Shown: in pieces, positions 48,343-57,238 of the stretch
How the letters are laid out: every line of letters begins with the position of its first letter
How positions within the stretch are numbered: position 1 is the first letter of the stretch
The notes under the pieces: generated by a model
Told to the model about the DNA's origin: nothing
The model's input: only the letters and a program-made list of their open reading frames with translations
The model's database searches: none
Program-made: the position numbers and the translations under genes
NCBI GenBank assembly: GCA_037127795.1
Contig: JBAXXQ010000001.1
Coordinates: forward strand, 335,505-399,504
Length of the DNA stretch: 64,000 nt
DNA from: a bacterium
GTDB lineage: Bacteria; Patescibacteriota; Minisyncoccia; Phycocordibacterales; UBA9973
Direction: 5' to 3'

Positions 48343-48351
48343 ATTATAACA
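48343..48351 (-). promoter_or_regulatory. Extended -10 TGTTATAAT 9 nt upstream of the dnaJ ATG (near-leaderless)
   Basis: Minus-strand reading of 48343-48351; no SD between -10 and ATG. Confidence 0.4.
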
Positions 48352-48362
48352 TATCTATATAC

Positions 48363-48391
48363 CAAAATAAAGGCAAAACGCCTTTATTTTG
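48363..48391. terminator. Hairpin ATAAAGGC-aaaac-GCCTTTAT with A/T flanks
   Basis: Perfect 8-bp stem between the tiny ORF and the dnaJ promoter. Confidence 0.55.
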
Positions 48392-48418
48392 AAGTATATT
48401 TATACAAAATTGTACCGA

Positions 48419-48496
48419 TTATCGGTGGCGGAGAGACACTGTCTTTCCTTCTGCTTTTCGCTTCTTTTTTGCAGCTACTTTTCGTTTCTTGTTCAT
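48419..48496 (-). CDS. Tiny basic ORF MNKKRKVAAKKKRKAEGKTVSLRHR (25 aa) with promoter-like TGCTACAAT 9 nt upstream
   Basis: Read directly; bounded by the TGCTACAAT box at 48506-48514 and the terminator at 48363-48391. Confidence 0.25.
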   Translation of the reverse strand: MNKKRKVAAKKKRKAEGKTVSLRHR

Positions 48497-48574
48497 AGTG
48501 GATGTATTGTAGCATATATTGGAAATAAAAAAAGCCTTAGTCATGTAATCTATGTTCTAGGCTTTTGGTGTATT

Positions 48575-48814
48575 TTAATTCAATAAATTATCAATATATG
48601 TTTTGATAGTTTCAAGTGCTTGTGTCTTTTCTGTTGCCTCTTCATCTGATGTCGGTATGATTGCCTCAATACCTTTTTTATGAAAATTCATTCGCTCTAT
48701 TTTGAACTGCCACATCTTCCTTTGATTATTGAATGTAAAATCTGCTTCTTCTAATATTTTTTTTATAGTTTCCATGGTACATGTTTTGTATAGTATACCT
48801 AAAGTATCATACAA
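48575..48814 (-). CDS. Hypothetical small protein between dnaK and dnaJ
   Basis: ORF; possibly starts at METIKKIL. Confidence 0.4.
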   Translation of the reverse strand: MYDTLGILYKTCTMETIKKILEEADFTFNNQRKMWQFKIERMNFHKKGIEAIIPTSDEEATEKTQALETIKTYIDNLLN

Positions 48815-48867
48815 ATAGCAAAAACCCCTTTTGTATAAGGGGTTTTTGCGTGAGCTATTTTTTTGTA

Positions 48868-50757
48868 TTAGTCTTTCTTTTCTTCTGCGGTGGTATCGCG
48901 AATTTCTTCGGGTTGTGGCTCTGCAGTGTTTGTTTGTGATGCTTCAGAATTTTTTGCAATGTGTTCCCCTATTTTCTGCATTTCTGTAGAAAGTTCGTGA
49001 GTCTTTGTTGCAATAAGTTCTTTATCATCGCCATCTTTTGCAGACTTGAGCTCTGCGATTTTTGCAGTCACACTTGTTTTGATTTCTTCAGTGATATTTG
49101 CACCATGATCAGCAAGTGCTTTTTCTGCTGAGAAGATAGTCATTTCTGCAGTGTTTTTTGCGTCAGCCATATCTTTCTTTTTTGCATCAGATTCAGCGTT
49201 CATCTCTGCATCTTTTTTCATACGTTCGATATCTTCTGGAGTAAGTCCACTTGAAGCCTCGATACGGATACTTTGTTCTTTACTTGTTGCTTTGTCTTTT
49301 GCTTTTACAGAAAGAATACCGTTTGAGTCTACATCAAAAGAAACTTCAATTTGTGGCATACCTCGTGGTGCTGGAGTAATACCATCAAGAACAAATCTTC
49401 CGATAGTCTTGTTGTCTGCTGCCATAGGGCGCTCACCTTGCACAATATGAATCTCTACAGATGGTTGGTTATCTACTGCAGTAGAAAATGTTTGTGACTT
49501 TGATGAAGGGATAGTAGTGTTGCGTTCTATGAGCTTTGTTGCTACGCCACCAAGTGTTTCGATACCGAGAGAAAGTGGGATCACGTCGAGCAAAAGCACA
49601 TCGCGGACATCTCCTTGGAGTACGCCACCTTGTACTGCTGCACCGAGGGCTACTACTTCGTCTGGGTTGATAGAACGGTTTGGTTCTTTACCACCAAAGA
49701 GCTTCTTTACCTCTTCAACAATCTTTGGCATACGAGTCTGACCTCCTACGAGGATTACTTCGTTTATCTCAGACATCTTGAAAGGACTTGCTTCGAGCGC
49801 GCGCTTGGTGATTTCTATTGAGCGAGCAATATATTCATCTGCGATACTTTCGAGTTGTGCACGAGTCATTTTGATGAGCAAGTGTTGTGGGCCTTCTGCG
49901 GTAGAAGTAATAAACGGAATATTTATTTCTGTTTCTATTGCAGTAGAAAGCTCAATCTTTGCTTTTTCTGCGGCTTCGTCGAGACGTTGCTTGGCGAGTG
50001 GATCATTCATGATATCTACTCCTGAAGTCTTTTTGAATTCATCGGCGATCCATTGCATGATCTTTTGATCAATATCGCGACCTCCCATCATTGAGTCTCC
50101 ATCGGTTGATTTTACTTCGATAGATTGTTGGTCATCAATATCTGAAACTTCGAGTACAGACACGTCGAATGTTCCTCCTCCGAAGTCGTATACTACAATC
50201 TTTTCATTTTTCTTTGTGTTGAATCCGTATGCAAGCGCTGCTGCAGTAGGCTCATTGATAATACGTTTTACATCAAGCCCTGCAATTGCACCAGCATCTT
50301 TTGTTGCTTTTCTTTGTGCATCATTGAAGTATGCAGGAACTGTAATAATGGCTTCGGTAACTTTTTCACCCAATTTTGCTTCTACATCTGCTTTGATTTT
50401 TTGCAAAATCATTGCTGATATTTCTTCTGGGCGATAGTCTTTGTCTCCCATTTTTACCATAGCACCACCTTCTGGACCTTTTGATACAGCAAATGCTGAC
50501 CCTTTGATCACCTTGGTCACTTCATCGTATGCGTGTCCCATAAAACGCTTGATACCATAGATAGTATTTGCAGGGTTGGTTACCGCTTGGCGTTTTGCGA
50601 GAAGTCCGACGAGTGTGTCACCGTTTTTTGCCTTTGCGACAATAGATGGTGTTGTTCGTGCACCTTCAATATTTTCAATTATTTTTGGCTGACCACCTTC
50701 AATGATAGATACAGCCGAATTTGTTGTTCCTAAATCGATTCCAATTATTTTTGCCAT
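48868..50757 (-). CDS. dnaK: Chaperone DnaK (Hsp70)
   Basis: [18 protein letters not shown] and [11 protein letters not shown] Hsp70 signatures; full length. Confidence 0.97.
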   Translation of the reverse strand: MAKIIGIDLGTTNSAVSIIEGGQPKIIENIEGARTTPSIVAKAKNGDTLVGLLAKRQAVTNPANTIYGIKRFMGHAYDEVTKVIKGSAFAVSKGPEGGAMVKMGDKDYRPEEISAMILQKIKADVEAKLGEKVTEAIITVPAYFNDAQRKATKDAGAIAGLDVKRIINEPTAAALAYGFNTKKNEKIVVYDFGGGTFDVSVLEVSDIDDQQSIEVKSTDGDSMMGGRDIDQKIMQWIADEFKKTSGVDIMNDPLAKQRLDEAAEKAKIELSTAIETEINIPFITSTAEGPQHLLIKMTRAQLESIADEYIARSIEITKRALEASPFKMSEINEVILVGGQTRMPKIVEEVKKLFGGKEPNRSINPDEVVALGAAVQGGVLQGDVRDVLLLDVIPLSLGIETLGGVATKLIERNTTIPSSKSQTFSTAVDNQPSVEIHIVQGERPMAADNKTIGRFVLDGITPAPRGMPQIEVSFDVDSNGILSVKAKDKATSKEQSIRIEASSGLTPEDIERMKKDAEMNAESDAKKKDMADAKNTAEMTIFSAEKALADHGANITEEIKTSVTAKIAELKSAKDGDDKELIATKTHELSTEMQKIGEHIAKNSEASQTNTAEPQPEEIRDTTAEEKKD

Positions 50758-50765
50758 ATATAAAA

Positions 50766-50819
50766 AGACTATTAAGTTAATAATAGTCTAATTATATAAA
50801 AACCTTTTTATTTTTGCAA
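50766..50819 (-). promoter_or_regulatory. dnaK promoter TTGCAA-N17-TATAAT followed by AU-rich leader palindrome AGACTATTA-AGTTAA-TAATAGTCT ending 9 nt before the ATG
   Basis: -35 at 50814-50819 and -10 at 50791-50796 (minus-strand reading); perfect 9-bp IR at 50766-50789; no CIRCE. Confidence 0.5.
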
Positions 50820-50844
50820 GTTTTTCGTGAACACTAAAAAAGTG

Positions 50845-51435
50845 TTAATTTACTGCTTTTTCTGATAGTTTTTTGTATAGAAGTGTTGTTGAGATCTTTG
50901 ACAAAGGTATCGTATAGAGTATACCAACAAAGAGACAAAGGAATCCAAGAATGTTTATAAGCCCCATAAGACAACAGAACCAGAATATTTTCCATCGGTA
51001 TCCTTTTGTAATACGTTTACTTTCTTTAAGAGCAGCCATTGGTTTGATCTGCTTTTCTACTGATATATACATAGCAAACATAAGACGTATTGCAAATATA
51101 ATACCAGGGACAATAAGAAGTATTAACCCTCCTACTATAGAAAGTCCTATAAGTAAGAGTGTGCAGATAAAGTAAATAAAATGTTTGAAAGTTACTCCTT
51201 CAAATGCCTCCTCAAAACTAAATGAACCCTTTTTTACATATGATAGAGACCATCTAATAACAAGAAATATAGTAATAAAGCTTCCAATAAGAGCACCTCG
51301 CCCGAATAGTACTGAAAATAAAATTGCTAATATAAAAGAAATAAATAAATATTGTCCTATAGCTTTTAGTCTATGAGGCTTCAGAATTGCTGTTGCTTCT
51401 TTAAGTATTTCGCGATTTGAAAATGTTTGTTTCAT
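50845..51435 (-). CDS. DUF975-like polytopic membrane protein
   Basis: Multiple TM helices; between the regulator and dnaK. Confidence 0.45.
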   Translation of the reverse strand: MKQTFSNREILKEATAILKPHRLKAIGQYLFISFILAILFSVLFGRGALIGSFITIFLVIRWSLSYVKKGSFSFEEAFEGVTFKHFIYFICTLLLIGLSIVGGLILLIVPGIIFAIRLMFAMYISVEKQIKPMAALKESKRITKGYRWKIFWFCCLMGLINILGFLCLFVGILYTIPLSKISTTLLYKKLSEKAVN

Positions 51436-51551
51436 ATTTGTACCACTATTATAATGGTATGATTATTTTTAATAAATTAATTGTAGCATAAAATACACAT
51501 ATGTCAAATACTGTATCTTGCAAATATACTATATTGTTGTAAAATAAGGAT

Positions 51552-52082
51552 ATGGCAGATTTTTCTAAAAAAATCCTCAAAATATTGACCGAAAAGCCGG
51601 CTGTGGCTATTTCGGATATAAATATGCGTATTGGTACTGATAAAGCAGATAAAAAGGCTGTATACGCGACTACACGCTCATTAAAAGCCCTTTCTGATGG
51701 TGGCTTTGTAGAATCTGTATCTTCTATCGGAGACGAGCAATATGCGCGTTTGACCAAGCTCGGTAAACAAAAGGCGCACAGTGTCGCAGTGGAACAAGAT
51801 ACCGCCCTAGTGTCTCATAATTGGGATGGTAAATGGCGGATCATACTGCTCGATATTCCAGAATCTCGTAAAAACGAACGCGAGAGTTTGCGGTACCTCC
51901 TCAAAAAAGCAAACTTTGTGTGTCTCAAAAACTCTGCATGGGTTTCCCCTTTCCCCTACGAGCACCTCTTTACCAATATCAAAAAAGATCTCGAGCTCAC
52001 AACAGAAATGACTATTATTGTGACAGATAGTATTGACGAAGTTTCGCACCAGGAGCTTCTCAATGTCTTTGGAGGAAAATAA
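51552..52082 (+). CDS. PaaX-like winged-helix transcriptional regulator
   Basis: N-terminal wHTH; WDGKWRIILLDIPESRKNERESLRYLLKKANFVCLKNSAWVSP matches the PaaX central/C-terminal pattern; divergent from the dnaK locus. Confidence 0.45.
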   Translation: MADFSKKILKILTEKPAVAISDINMRIGTDKADKKAVYATTRSLKALSDGGFVESVSSIGDEQYARLTKLGKQKAHSVAVEQDTALVSHNWDGKWRIILLDIPESRKNERESLRYLLKKANFVCLKNSAWVSPFPYEHLFTNIKKDLELTTEMTIIVTDSIDEVSHQELLNVFGGK

Positions 52083-52114
52083 AAAAAACACTTCATTCGC
52101 GAAGTGTTTTTTTT
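52081..52114. terminator. Bidirectional terminator AACACTTC-attcgc-GAAGTGTT with A8/T8 flanks
   Basis: Perfect 8-bp stem between convergent regulator and grpE. Confidence 0.7.
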
Positions 52115-52119
52115 GTGGA

Positions 52120-52677
52120 TTATTTTATTGCGTACACTTTTACTCTCGCAGGTCTGAGAACTTTTTCACCAAGCAAATAACCTTGTTGTACTACTGCGGC
52201 AATAGTGTGATCTTTTGTTACATCTTCTGTTTCTACAGATTCTATAGATTCGTGCATGTATGCATCAAAAGAGTCCCCTATTTTTGCCGGAATAATTGAA
52301 ACATTTTTGTCATTGAGTGCTTTGAGAAATTGCTGGTAGATGTATTCTACGCCAGTGCGCCAAGTCGGCTCTACTTTTTCCCAAGCCTGCACGTTGCTAA
52401 ATGCCATTGCAAAACTATCGAGGGTCGGAAGAAGGTCTTCGATGAAGGATTCTTCTACGAGTGCGCGAACACGCTTTTTGTCTTCATCAGAAGTTTTTTG
52501 TAGGTTTGCATAGTCTGCACGCGCTCTTTGCCAGCCGTCGAGATATTCAGCTTTTTCTTTTTCAAGAAGTTTTATTTTGTCTTGTAGCTTTTTTACTTTT
52601 GCTGCACCACCGAGCTCGATACCCTCCTCTGTGCTTTCTTCAAAAACTACGTCATTGTCTAGATTTTCTGGTTCCAT
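52120..52677 (-). CDS. grpE: Nucleotide exchange factor GrpE
   Basis: Coiled-coil N-terminus; C-terminal GrpE fold (PAKIGDSFDAYMHESIESVE). Confidence 0.9.
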   Translation of the reverse strand: MEPENLDNDVVFEESTEEGIELGGAAKVKKLQDKIKLLEKEKAEYLDGWQRARADYANLQKTSDEDKKRVRALVEESFIEDLLPTLDSFAMAFSNVQAWEKVEPTWRTGVEYIYQQFLKALNDKNVSIIPAKIGDSFDAYMHESIESVETEDVTKDHTIAAVVQQGYLLGEKVLRPARVKVYAIK

Positions 52678-52707
52678 ATAGAGCTATTATACAGAAAAAT
52701 GGTAATA

Positions 52708-52738
52708 AAAAAAGCTTGCCTAAATGTGGCAAGCTTAC
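52708..52738 (-). terminator. Minus-strand intrinsic terminator AAGCTTGCC-acattta-GGCAAGCTT + U7, immediately upstream of the grpE -10 (TATAAT at 52688-52693)
   Basis: Perfect 9-bp stem; T7 on the minus strand. Confidence 0.65.
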
Positions 52739-52739
52739 T

Positions 52740-53040
52740 ATATATTGAGTTATTATTTGCAGCTAGTCCGCATATTTTAAATAAGATACTAATCTATAAC
52801 TAATACTGGCCTAGTATTAGAACGGAATTGTCCACTTCCAGACTTCCTTTATGGATGTTCTACAAAAATATCGTATGCGGGGTTTTATCCACTCCTTGTC
52901 TTAGGTGGTTCTGTAACAACAGAATATCCTCTTAAGAGTACAAACAAGTTTAACGAACAGATAAGCGCTTAAAAAGTATAGTACTCTTATTTTTTTTGTA
53001 AGTCAAACAAAAAACACCCTATTTCTAAGGTGTTTTATAG
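52740..53040 (-). ncRNA. Candidate non-coding RNA locus of about 300 nt (family unassigned) between tandem promoters and a terminator
   Basis: No ORF over 20 aa on either strand; bounded by promoters TTGACT-N16-TATAAT and TTGACT-N17-TACTAT upstream and the terminator at 52708-52738; internal hairpins; a plus-strand promoter/terminator pair also exists. Confidence 0.3.
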
Positions 53041-53046
53041 CTTTAA

Positions 53047-53074
53047 GATTATAGAAGTACTACGATATAAGTCA
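53047..53074 (-). promoter_or_regulatory. Near-consensus sigma70 promoter TTGACT-N16-TATAAT (minus strand)
   Basis: Hexamers at 53069-53074 and 53047-53052 in minus-strand reading; a second TTGACT-N17-TACTAT at 52977-53005. Confidence 0.5.
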
Positions 53075-53094
53075 AAAAAGCCCCTAAAGGGCTT

Positions 53095-53508
53095 TTAGTA
53101 GAGCGCTGCATACATAGTAGTATCTAATGGTTTGTGTAACCATAAATACTTTCTAACACCTACCTTGTACTGATCTTTTGAGAATTTATAATAAACAATA
53201 CCTGGAACAAATAACCATCCAGACTTTGCTTTCAAAATAGTACCAGGAAATAATAATAACATTGACTTCTTTGGTAATAAATCAGGGCAACTAATTACTT
53301 GCTTCATTGTATGTATATTGCAAAGTTGTTTATTGCTATCTTTTTTATAAAATTCTAAAACATCACGGATTACAGGTATGAAGCTTCCTTCAAAACTTGT
53401 AAGATGTTCACGACAGAAAGAATATTGAATTTGGTCTATATGACATAAATCATTATTTTCAGTATTACTTTCTATTGTTGAAAAGGCATATTCTTTTATA
53501 CTAGACAT
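53095..53508 (-). CDS. Hypothetical protein (137 aa)
   Basis: ORF with own terminator; no domain recognised. Confidence 0.4.
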   Translation of the reverse strand: MSSIKEYAFSTIESNTENNDLCHIDQIQYSFCREHLTSFEGSFIPVIRDVLEFYKKDSNKQLCNIHTMKQVISCPDLLPKKSMLLLFPGTILKAKSGWLFVPGIVYYKFSKDQYKVGVRKYLWLHKPLDTTMYAALY

Positions 53509-53555
53509 ATAACATATTTTTATTTACTTTATATAAAATAAATAATAAGTCAAAT

Positions 53556-53589
53556 AAAAATACTCCCGATATAACCGGGAGTATTTTTA
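53556..53589. terminator. Terminator TACTCCCG-atataac-CGGGAGTA with A/T flanks after rpsI
   Basis: Perfect 8-bp stem downstream of the ribosomal gene block on the minus strand. Confidence 0.7.
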
Positions 53590-53591
53590 TA

Positions 53592-54005
53592 CTAACGCTT
53601 ACTCCATTGTGGAGCTTTACGAGCTTTCTTGAGACCGAATTTACGACGTTCTTTTGCACGAGCATCACGCTTGAGGAAGCCTGCTTGCTTGAGTGCTGTC
53701 TTGTCTTCTTCGTTTTCGATAACAAGTGCACGAGAGATACCATGACGTACCGCTTCTGATTGGCCGTGGATACCACCACCATTTACGTGTACTGTTACAG
53801 CAAAGTGACCTTTTTGATCTGTAGAAACAAATGGACTTGTTACGATCTTTTGCATGTCCTCTGTAGGAAAGTATGTTGCAACATCTTTATCATTTATCAA
53901 AATAGAAGTCTTTGGTGCAGCGCTGATACGTACGCGAGCAGTAGCAGTTTTGCGGCGACCGATAGCCTCTGTGTATTTTTTACCTGTTGTTGTTTTCTTT
54001 TCCAT
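53592..54005 (-). CDS. rpsI: 30S ribosomal protein S9
   Basis: [10 protein letters not shown] ... [19 protein letters not shown] ... [12 protein letters not shown]. Confidence 0.95.
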   Translation of the reverse strand: MEKKTTTGKKYTEAIGRRKTATARVRISAAPKTSILINDKDVATYFPTEDMQKIVTSPFVSTDQKGHFAVTVHVNGGGIHGQSEAVRHGISRALVIENEEDKTALKQAGFLKRDARAKERRKFGLKKARKAPQWSKR

Positions 54006-54006
54006 A

Positions 54007-54351
54007 TTATTCAGAGATTGTTAAATGTTTTAAAAATTCGACTTGCAATTTATTCTTTGGAAGCATTCCTTTTACTGCAGTGCGAAGTACTTCTGCGTAC
54101 CCTTTTTTGCCGATAACGTGCTTCATTGTTGACTCTTTAAGTCCACCTGGGTATCCAGAGAAAGAAAGATATGTCTTTTCATCAAGCTTTTGTTGAGCAA
54201 TTTTGAGCTTACTTGCATTAGTAACGATAACAGTATTAGTAGATACTGTGTTTCGAGCAAATGAAGTATCATTTTTACCCATCAAAAGAGTTGCAACTTC
54301 AGTCGCTACCCGTCCCATTGATTTATTTGTTGCGTCGATTGTGTATTCCAT
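54007..54351 (-). CDS. rplM: 50S ribosomal protein L13
   Basis: [23 protein letters not shown]...GMLPKNKL. Confidence 0.9.
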   Translation of the reverse strand: MEYTIDATNKSMGRVATEVATLLMGKNDTSFARNTVSTNTVIVTNASKLKIAQQKLDEKTYLSFSGYPGGLKESTMKHVIGKKGYAEVLRTAVKGMLPKNKLQVEFLKHLTISE

Positions 54352-54355
54352 ATAA

Positions 54356-54709
54356 TTATACTAATTCTATTACTGCCATCTTACTACCATCACCTTTTCG
54401 TGGGGCGATCTTTGTAATACGAGTATAGCCACCTGCTCGTTCCATGTAGCGAGGAGCAATACCTGAGATAAGCTTTTCTACTGTTTCTGTATTGTTGTAG
54501 AAACCAGCAAGAAGAAGTTTGCGATTTGAAAGAGATGGGTTCTTTGCACGAGTAATAAGCTTTTCAATCTTTGGACGAAGTTCTTTTGCTTTTGCTTCTG
54601 TAGTCAAAACGCGCTCTTCCAGGATGATAGCTTGGGCAAGTCCACGCACAAGCGCAACACGCTGGTTTTTTGATCTATTAAATTTTCTGTTTGCGTTGTG
54701 GTGTCTCAT
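54356..54709 (-). CDS. rplQ: 50S ribosomal protein L17
   Basis: MRHHNANRKFNRSKNQRVALVRGLA...GGYTRI. Confidence 0.95.
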   Translation of the reverse strand: MRHHNANRKFNRSKNQRVALVRGLAQAIILEERVLTTEAKAKELRPKIEKLITRAKNPSLSNRKLLLAGFYNNTETVEKLISGIAPRYMERAGGYTRITKIAPRKGDGSKMAVIELV

Positions 54710-54733
54710 ATATCGGTACTATCTTATAGCAAA

Positions 54734-55756
54734 TTAATCTTTCAATGACAAGTCGAACTTCATGAGTGCTTCTTGTATTTCTTGTACGCCCTTATCGCCG
54801 ATCCCGTCTATTTCTAGAAGATCACTTGCGTGCTTGCGTGCAACTCCTCCGACTGTGCGGATATTTGCAGCTGCAAGAGCATTCAAGGTACGTGTAGAAA
54901 GGCCGATAGTGTCGATACGGTTTTTTAGAACATCAGTTACGTCTGGTTCTTCTTCTGCTTTTACTTCAGCAACTTCTATAACTTCTTCTTCCATTACTGG
55001 AGCGTGCTTGATTTGCATACGAGCTTGTACATCTTTGATTGCACTATCTGCATCAATTTCTACAATTGCGGCGAGTTGTTCAATCATGATTTTTACTGAA
55101 GTTTCAAAAGCGTCTTTTGGAGAAATACTACCATCTGTTTCGATAGTAAGACGAAGACGGTTGAAGTTTGTCTTGTCGCCAACACGCATTTCTTCTACAT
55201 CGTAACTTGCGCGACGAATTGGAGAAAAGATTGCATCTAAGAAAATAGTACCAATTTCTGCCTTTTGTTTGTGATGTTGATCACGAGTAAGGAAACCAAG
55301 ACCACGTTCGATAGTGATTTCTGCTGAAAAACCATTCTTGCCTGTTATTTCACAAATGTATTGATCTTTGTTTATGATTTCAACACTTCCGTTTGTTGCA
55401 ATATCTGCACCAGTAACAACCTTTGGTCCTTTTGCTGAGATAGTAACCTTTTGTGGTTCATCACCTACGAGAGCAAAACGGAGATTTTTGAGGTGGAGCA
55501 AAATAGTAATAACATCTTCTTTAACCCCTTCAAGAGTAGAAAATTCATGTGAAGCGCCGTCGATTTTTACAGATGTAATAGCTGCACCTGGGATAGATGA
55601 CAAAATAATACGTCGCAATGAGTTTCCTAATGTGTAGCCGTACCCTGGTACGAGACCGTCTATTTCATATACACCTTTGTGAGTGTCTTCTTGAACTTTT
55701 CTTGGTTTTGATGGAAGAATTATGTTTTGGTCAGTCATGGTTTTATATAGTACCAT
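54734..55756 (-). CDS. rpoA: DNA-directed RNA polymerase subunit alpha
   Basis: N-terminal dimerisation/assembly domain ([21 protein letters not shown]) and C-terminal alphaCTD ([20 protein letters not shown]). Confidence 0.95.
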   Translation of the reverse strand: [340 protein letters not shown]

Positions 55757-55787
55757 TATTTTGTAATAAATGCAATTTTATGTTCTA

Positions 55788-56387
55788 TTAACGACTATAG
55801 AACTCAAGAACTGTGTCGAATTGGAGGAAAGCTTCCTCATTTTTTGGCACTGCAATCACCTCAGCTTGCAAATCTTCAGGCACAAGCTTGAGCCATTTTG
55901 GCCATGTATAATTTTTTACTTTTGCTGTAAAGTCTGTAAATACAGGACTCTTTCGTGAACCTTCACGTACGGCGATAATATCTCCAACACGAACTTGTAG
56001 TGAAGGGATAGTTACCTTTGTACCATTTACTGTAAAGTGACCGTGAGAAACGAGTTGACGAGCAAAACGACGTGTTCCAGCGAAACCGAGACGGTATACT
56101 ACGTTGTCGAGACGATCTTCGAGTAATACGTATAGGTTGTCTGTAGCAATACCTTTTGCGGCAACTGCCTTGTTTACATAGTTTTGGAGTTGTTTTTCAC
56201 TAAGACCGTATGATACGCGAACTTTTTGCTTTTCAATAAGCTGTGCACCGTATCCAGAAAGTTGTTTTGGACGCTTACTAACTTTTGCTTTTTTTGTTTC
56301 AGATGCAACGAACTTTGCTGTTTGACACTTTTCAAACATACCTGCTCCTAATCTTCGACAAATTTTGTATTTTGCTGCTGGTTTCAT
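55788..56387 (-). CDS. rpsD: 30S ribosomal protein S4
   Basis: KYKICRRLG N-terminus; S4 RNA-binding domain (RLDNVVYRLGFA...RQLVSHGH). Confidence 0.95.
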   Translation of the reverse strand: MKPAAKYKICRRLGAGMFEKCQTAKFVASETKKAKVSKRPKQLSGYGAQLIEKQKVRVSYGLSEKQLQNYVNKAVAAKGIATDNLYVLLEDRLDNVVYRLGFAGTRRFARQLVSHGHFTVNGTKVTIPSLQVRVGDIIAVREGSRKSPVFTDFTAKVKNYTWPKWLKLVPEDLQAEVIAVPKNEEAFLQFDTVLEFYSR

Positions 56388-56392
56388 AAAAA

Positions 56393-56824
56393 TTATACTC
56401 TTCGTGGTTTCTTAGCTTTTGGACCATTGTGTGGCACAGGGGTCATATCTTTTACTGATAAAAGTTCAACACCTGTAGCAACGTAGGCACGGATTAGTGG
56501 TTCACGACCACTACCAACACCACGTACTACTACGTGAGTCTCTTTTACACCGATAGCTGTTGCTTTTTCAGCAAGAATTTCTCCTACTTTTGAAGCAGCA
56601 AATGGTGTACCCTTTTTTGCACCTTTGAATCCGAGTGATCCAGCTGATGACCAGAAAAGTACATTACCTTTAGTGTCTGTTACTGAAGCTTTTGTATTAT
56701 TAAAAGTTGCTTCGATAGAGAGTACAGAAGTTACGAGTTTTTTCTTTGCTACGCGTGATGAAGCACGGCCACGATTTTGGTCGACTAGTTGTCCTTCTTG
56801 AGTTGCGATACGTTTTTTTCCCAT
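56393..56824 (-). CDS. rpsK: 30S ribosomal protein S11
   Basis: VVRGVGSGREPLIRAYVATGVELLSVKDMTPVPHNGPKAKKPRRV. Confidence 0.95.
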   Translation of the reverse strand: MGKKRIATQEGQLVDQNRGRASSRVAKKKLVTSVLSIEATFNNTKASVTDTKGNVLFWSSAGSLGFKGAKKGTPFAASKVGEILAEKATAIGVKETHVVVRGVGSGREPLIRAYVATGVELLSVKDMTPVPHNGPKAKKPRRV

Positions 56825-56846
56825 AGTATAAAATTATTATTAATTA

Positions 56847-57227
56847 TTATGTCTTACTTTCCTTACGGCGACCACTTGCCATGGTATTTCGAACATTACC
56901 ACGTACTGTACGAGAGTTTGTCTTTGTACGTTGACCGTTTACTGGCAACTTACGTGTGTGGCGAACCCCACGGTAACATTTGATATCTTTAAGGCGTTTT
57001 ACATTTGAAGCAACTTCACGCTTGAGGTTACCTTCAATAGTCATTGATTCAATAGATTTGCGGATTGCATTCTCTTGATCGATAGTAAGATCTGCAGGTT
57101 TTGCACTAGGCGCAACACCTACGTCAGCAAGTACTTTATGAGCTGTTGTTCTACCAACACCAAACAATGTTGTAAGGCCGATAGAGAGTTGTTTTTTTTC
57201 TGGGATAGTAATACCGAGGATACGCAT
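56847..57227 (-). CDS. rpsM: 30S ribosomal protein S13
   Basis: MRILGITIPEKKQLSIGLTTLFGVGRTTAHKVL. Confidence 0.95.
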   Translation of the reverse strand: MRILGITIPEKKQLSIGLTTLFGVGRTTAHKVLADVGVAPSAKPADLTIDQENAIRKSIESMTIEGNLKREVASNVKRLKDIKCYRGVRHTRKLPVNGQRTKTNSRTVRGNVRNTMASGRRKESKT

Positions 57228-57238
57228 AATAATAAGGT

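Noticed and set aside
49151-50733. Plus-strand ORFs within dnaK and antisense ORFs within rpoA, gatB, tgt, tkt and lysS
   Set aside because: They overlap strongly supported genes on the opposite strand or in another frame, and show no independent signals.
50758-50845. CIRCE (HrcA operator) upstream of dnaK, grpE or dnaJ
   Set aside because: No match to TTAGCACTC-N9-GAGTGCTAA on either strand in the leaders. The palindrome present has a different sequence and an AU-rich composition.
52740-53040. Tried to assign the ORF-free region to RNase P RNA, tmRNA or SRP RNA
   Set aside because: AGGAAGUCUGG and ACAGAACCACC resemble the RNase P CR-I and CR-V motifs only loosely and occur in the wrong 5'-3' order. 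There is no tRNA-like acceptor/T-arm or tag-peptide ORF for tmRNA, and no GGAA-tetraloop/AGCAGC domain IV motif for SRP RNA.
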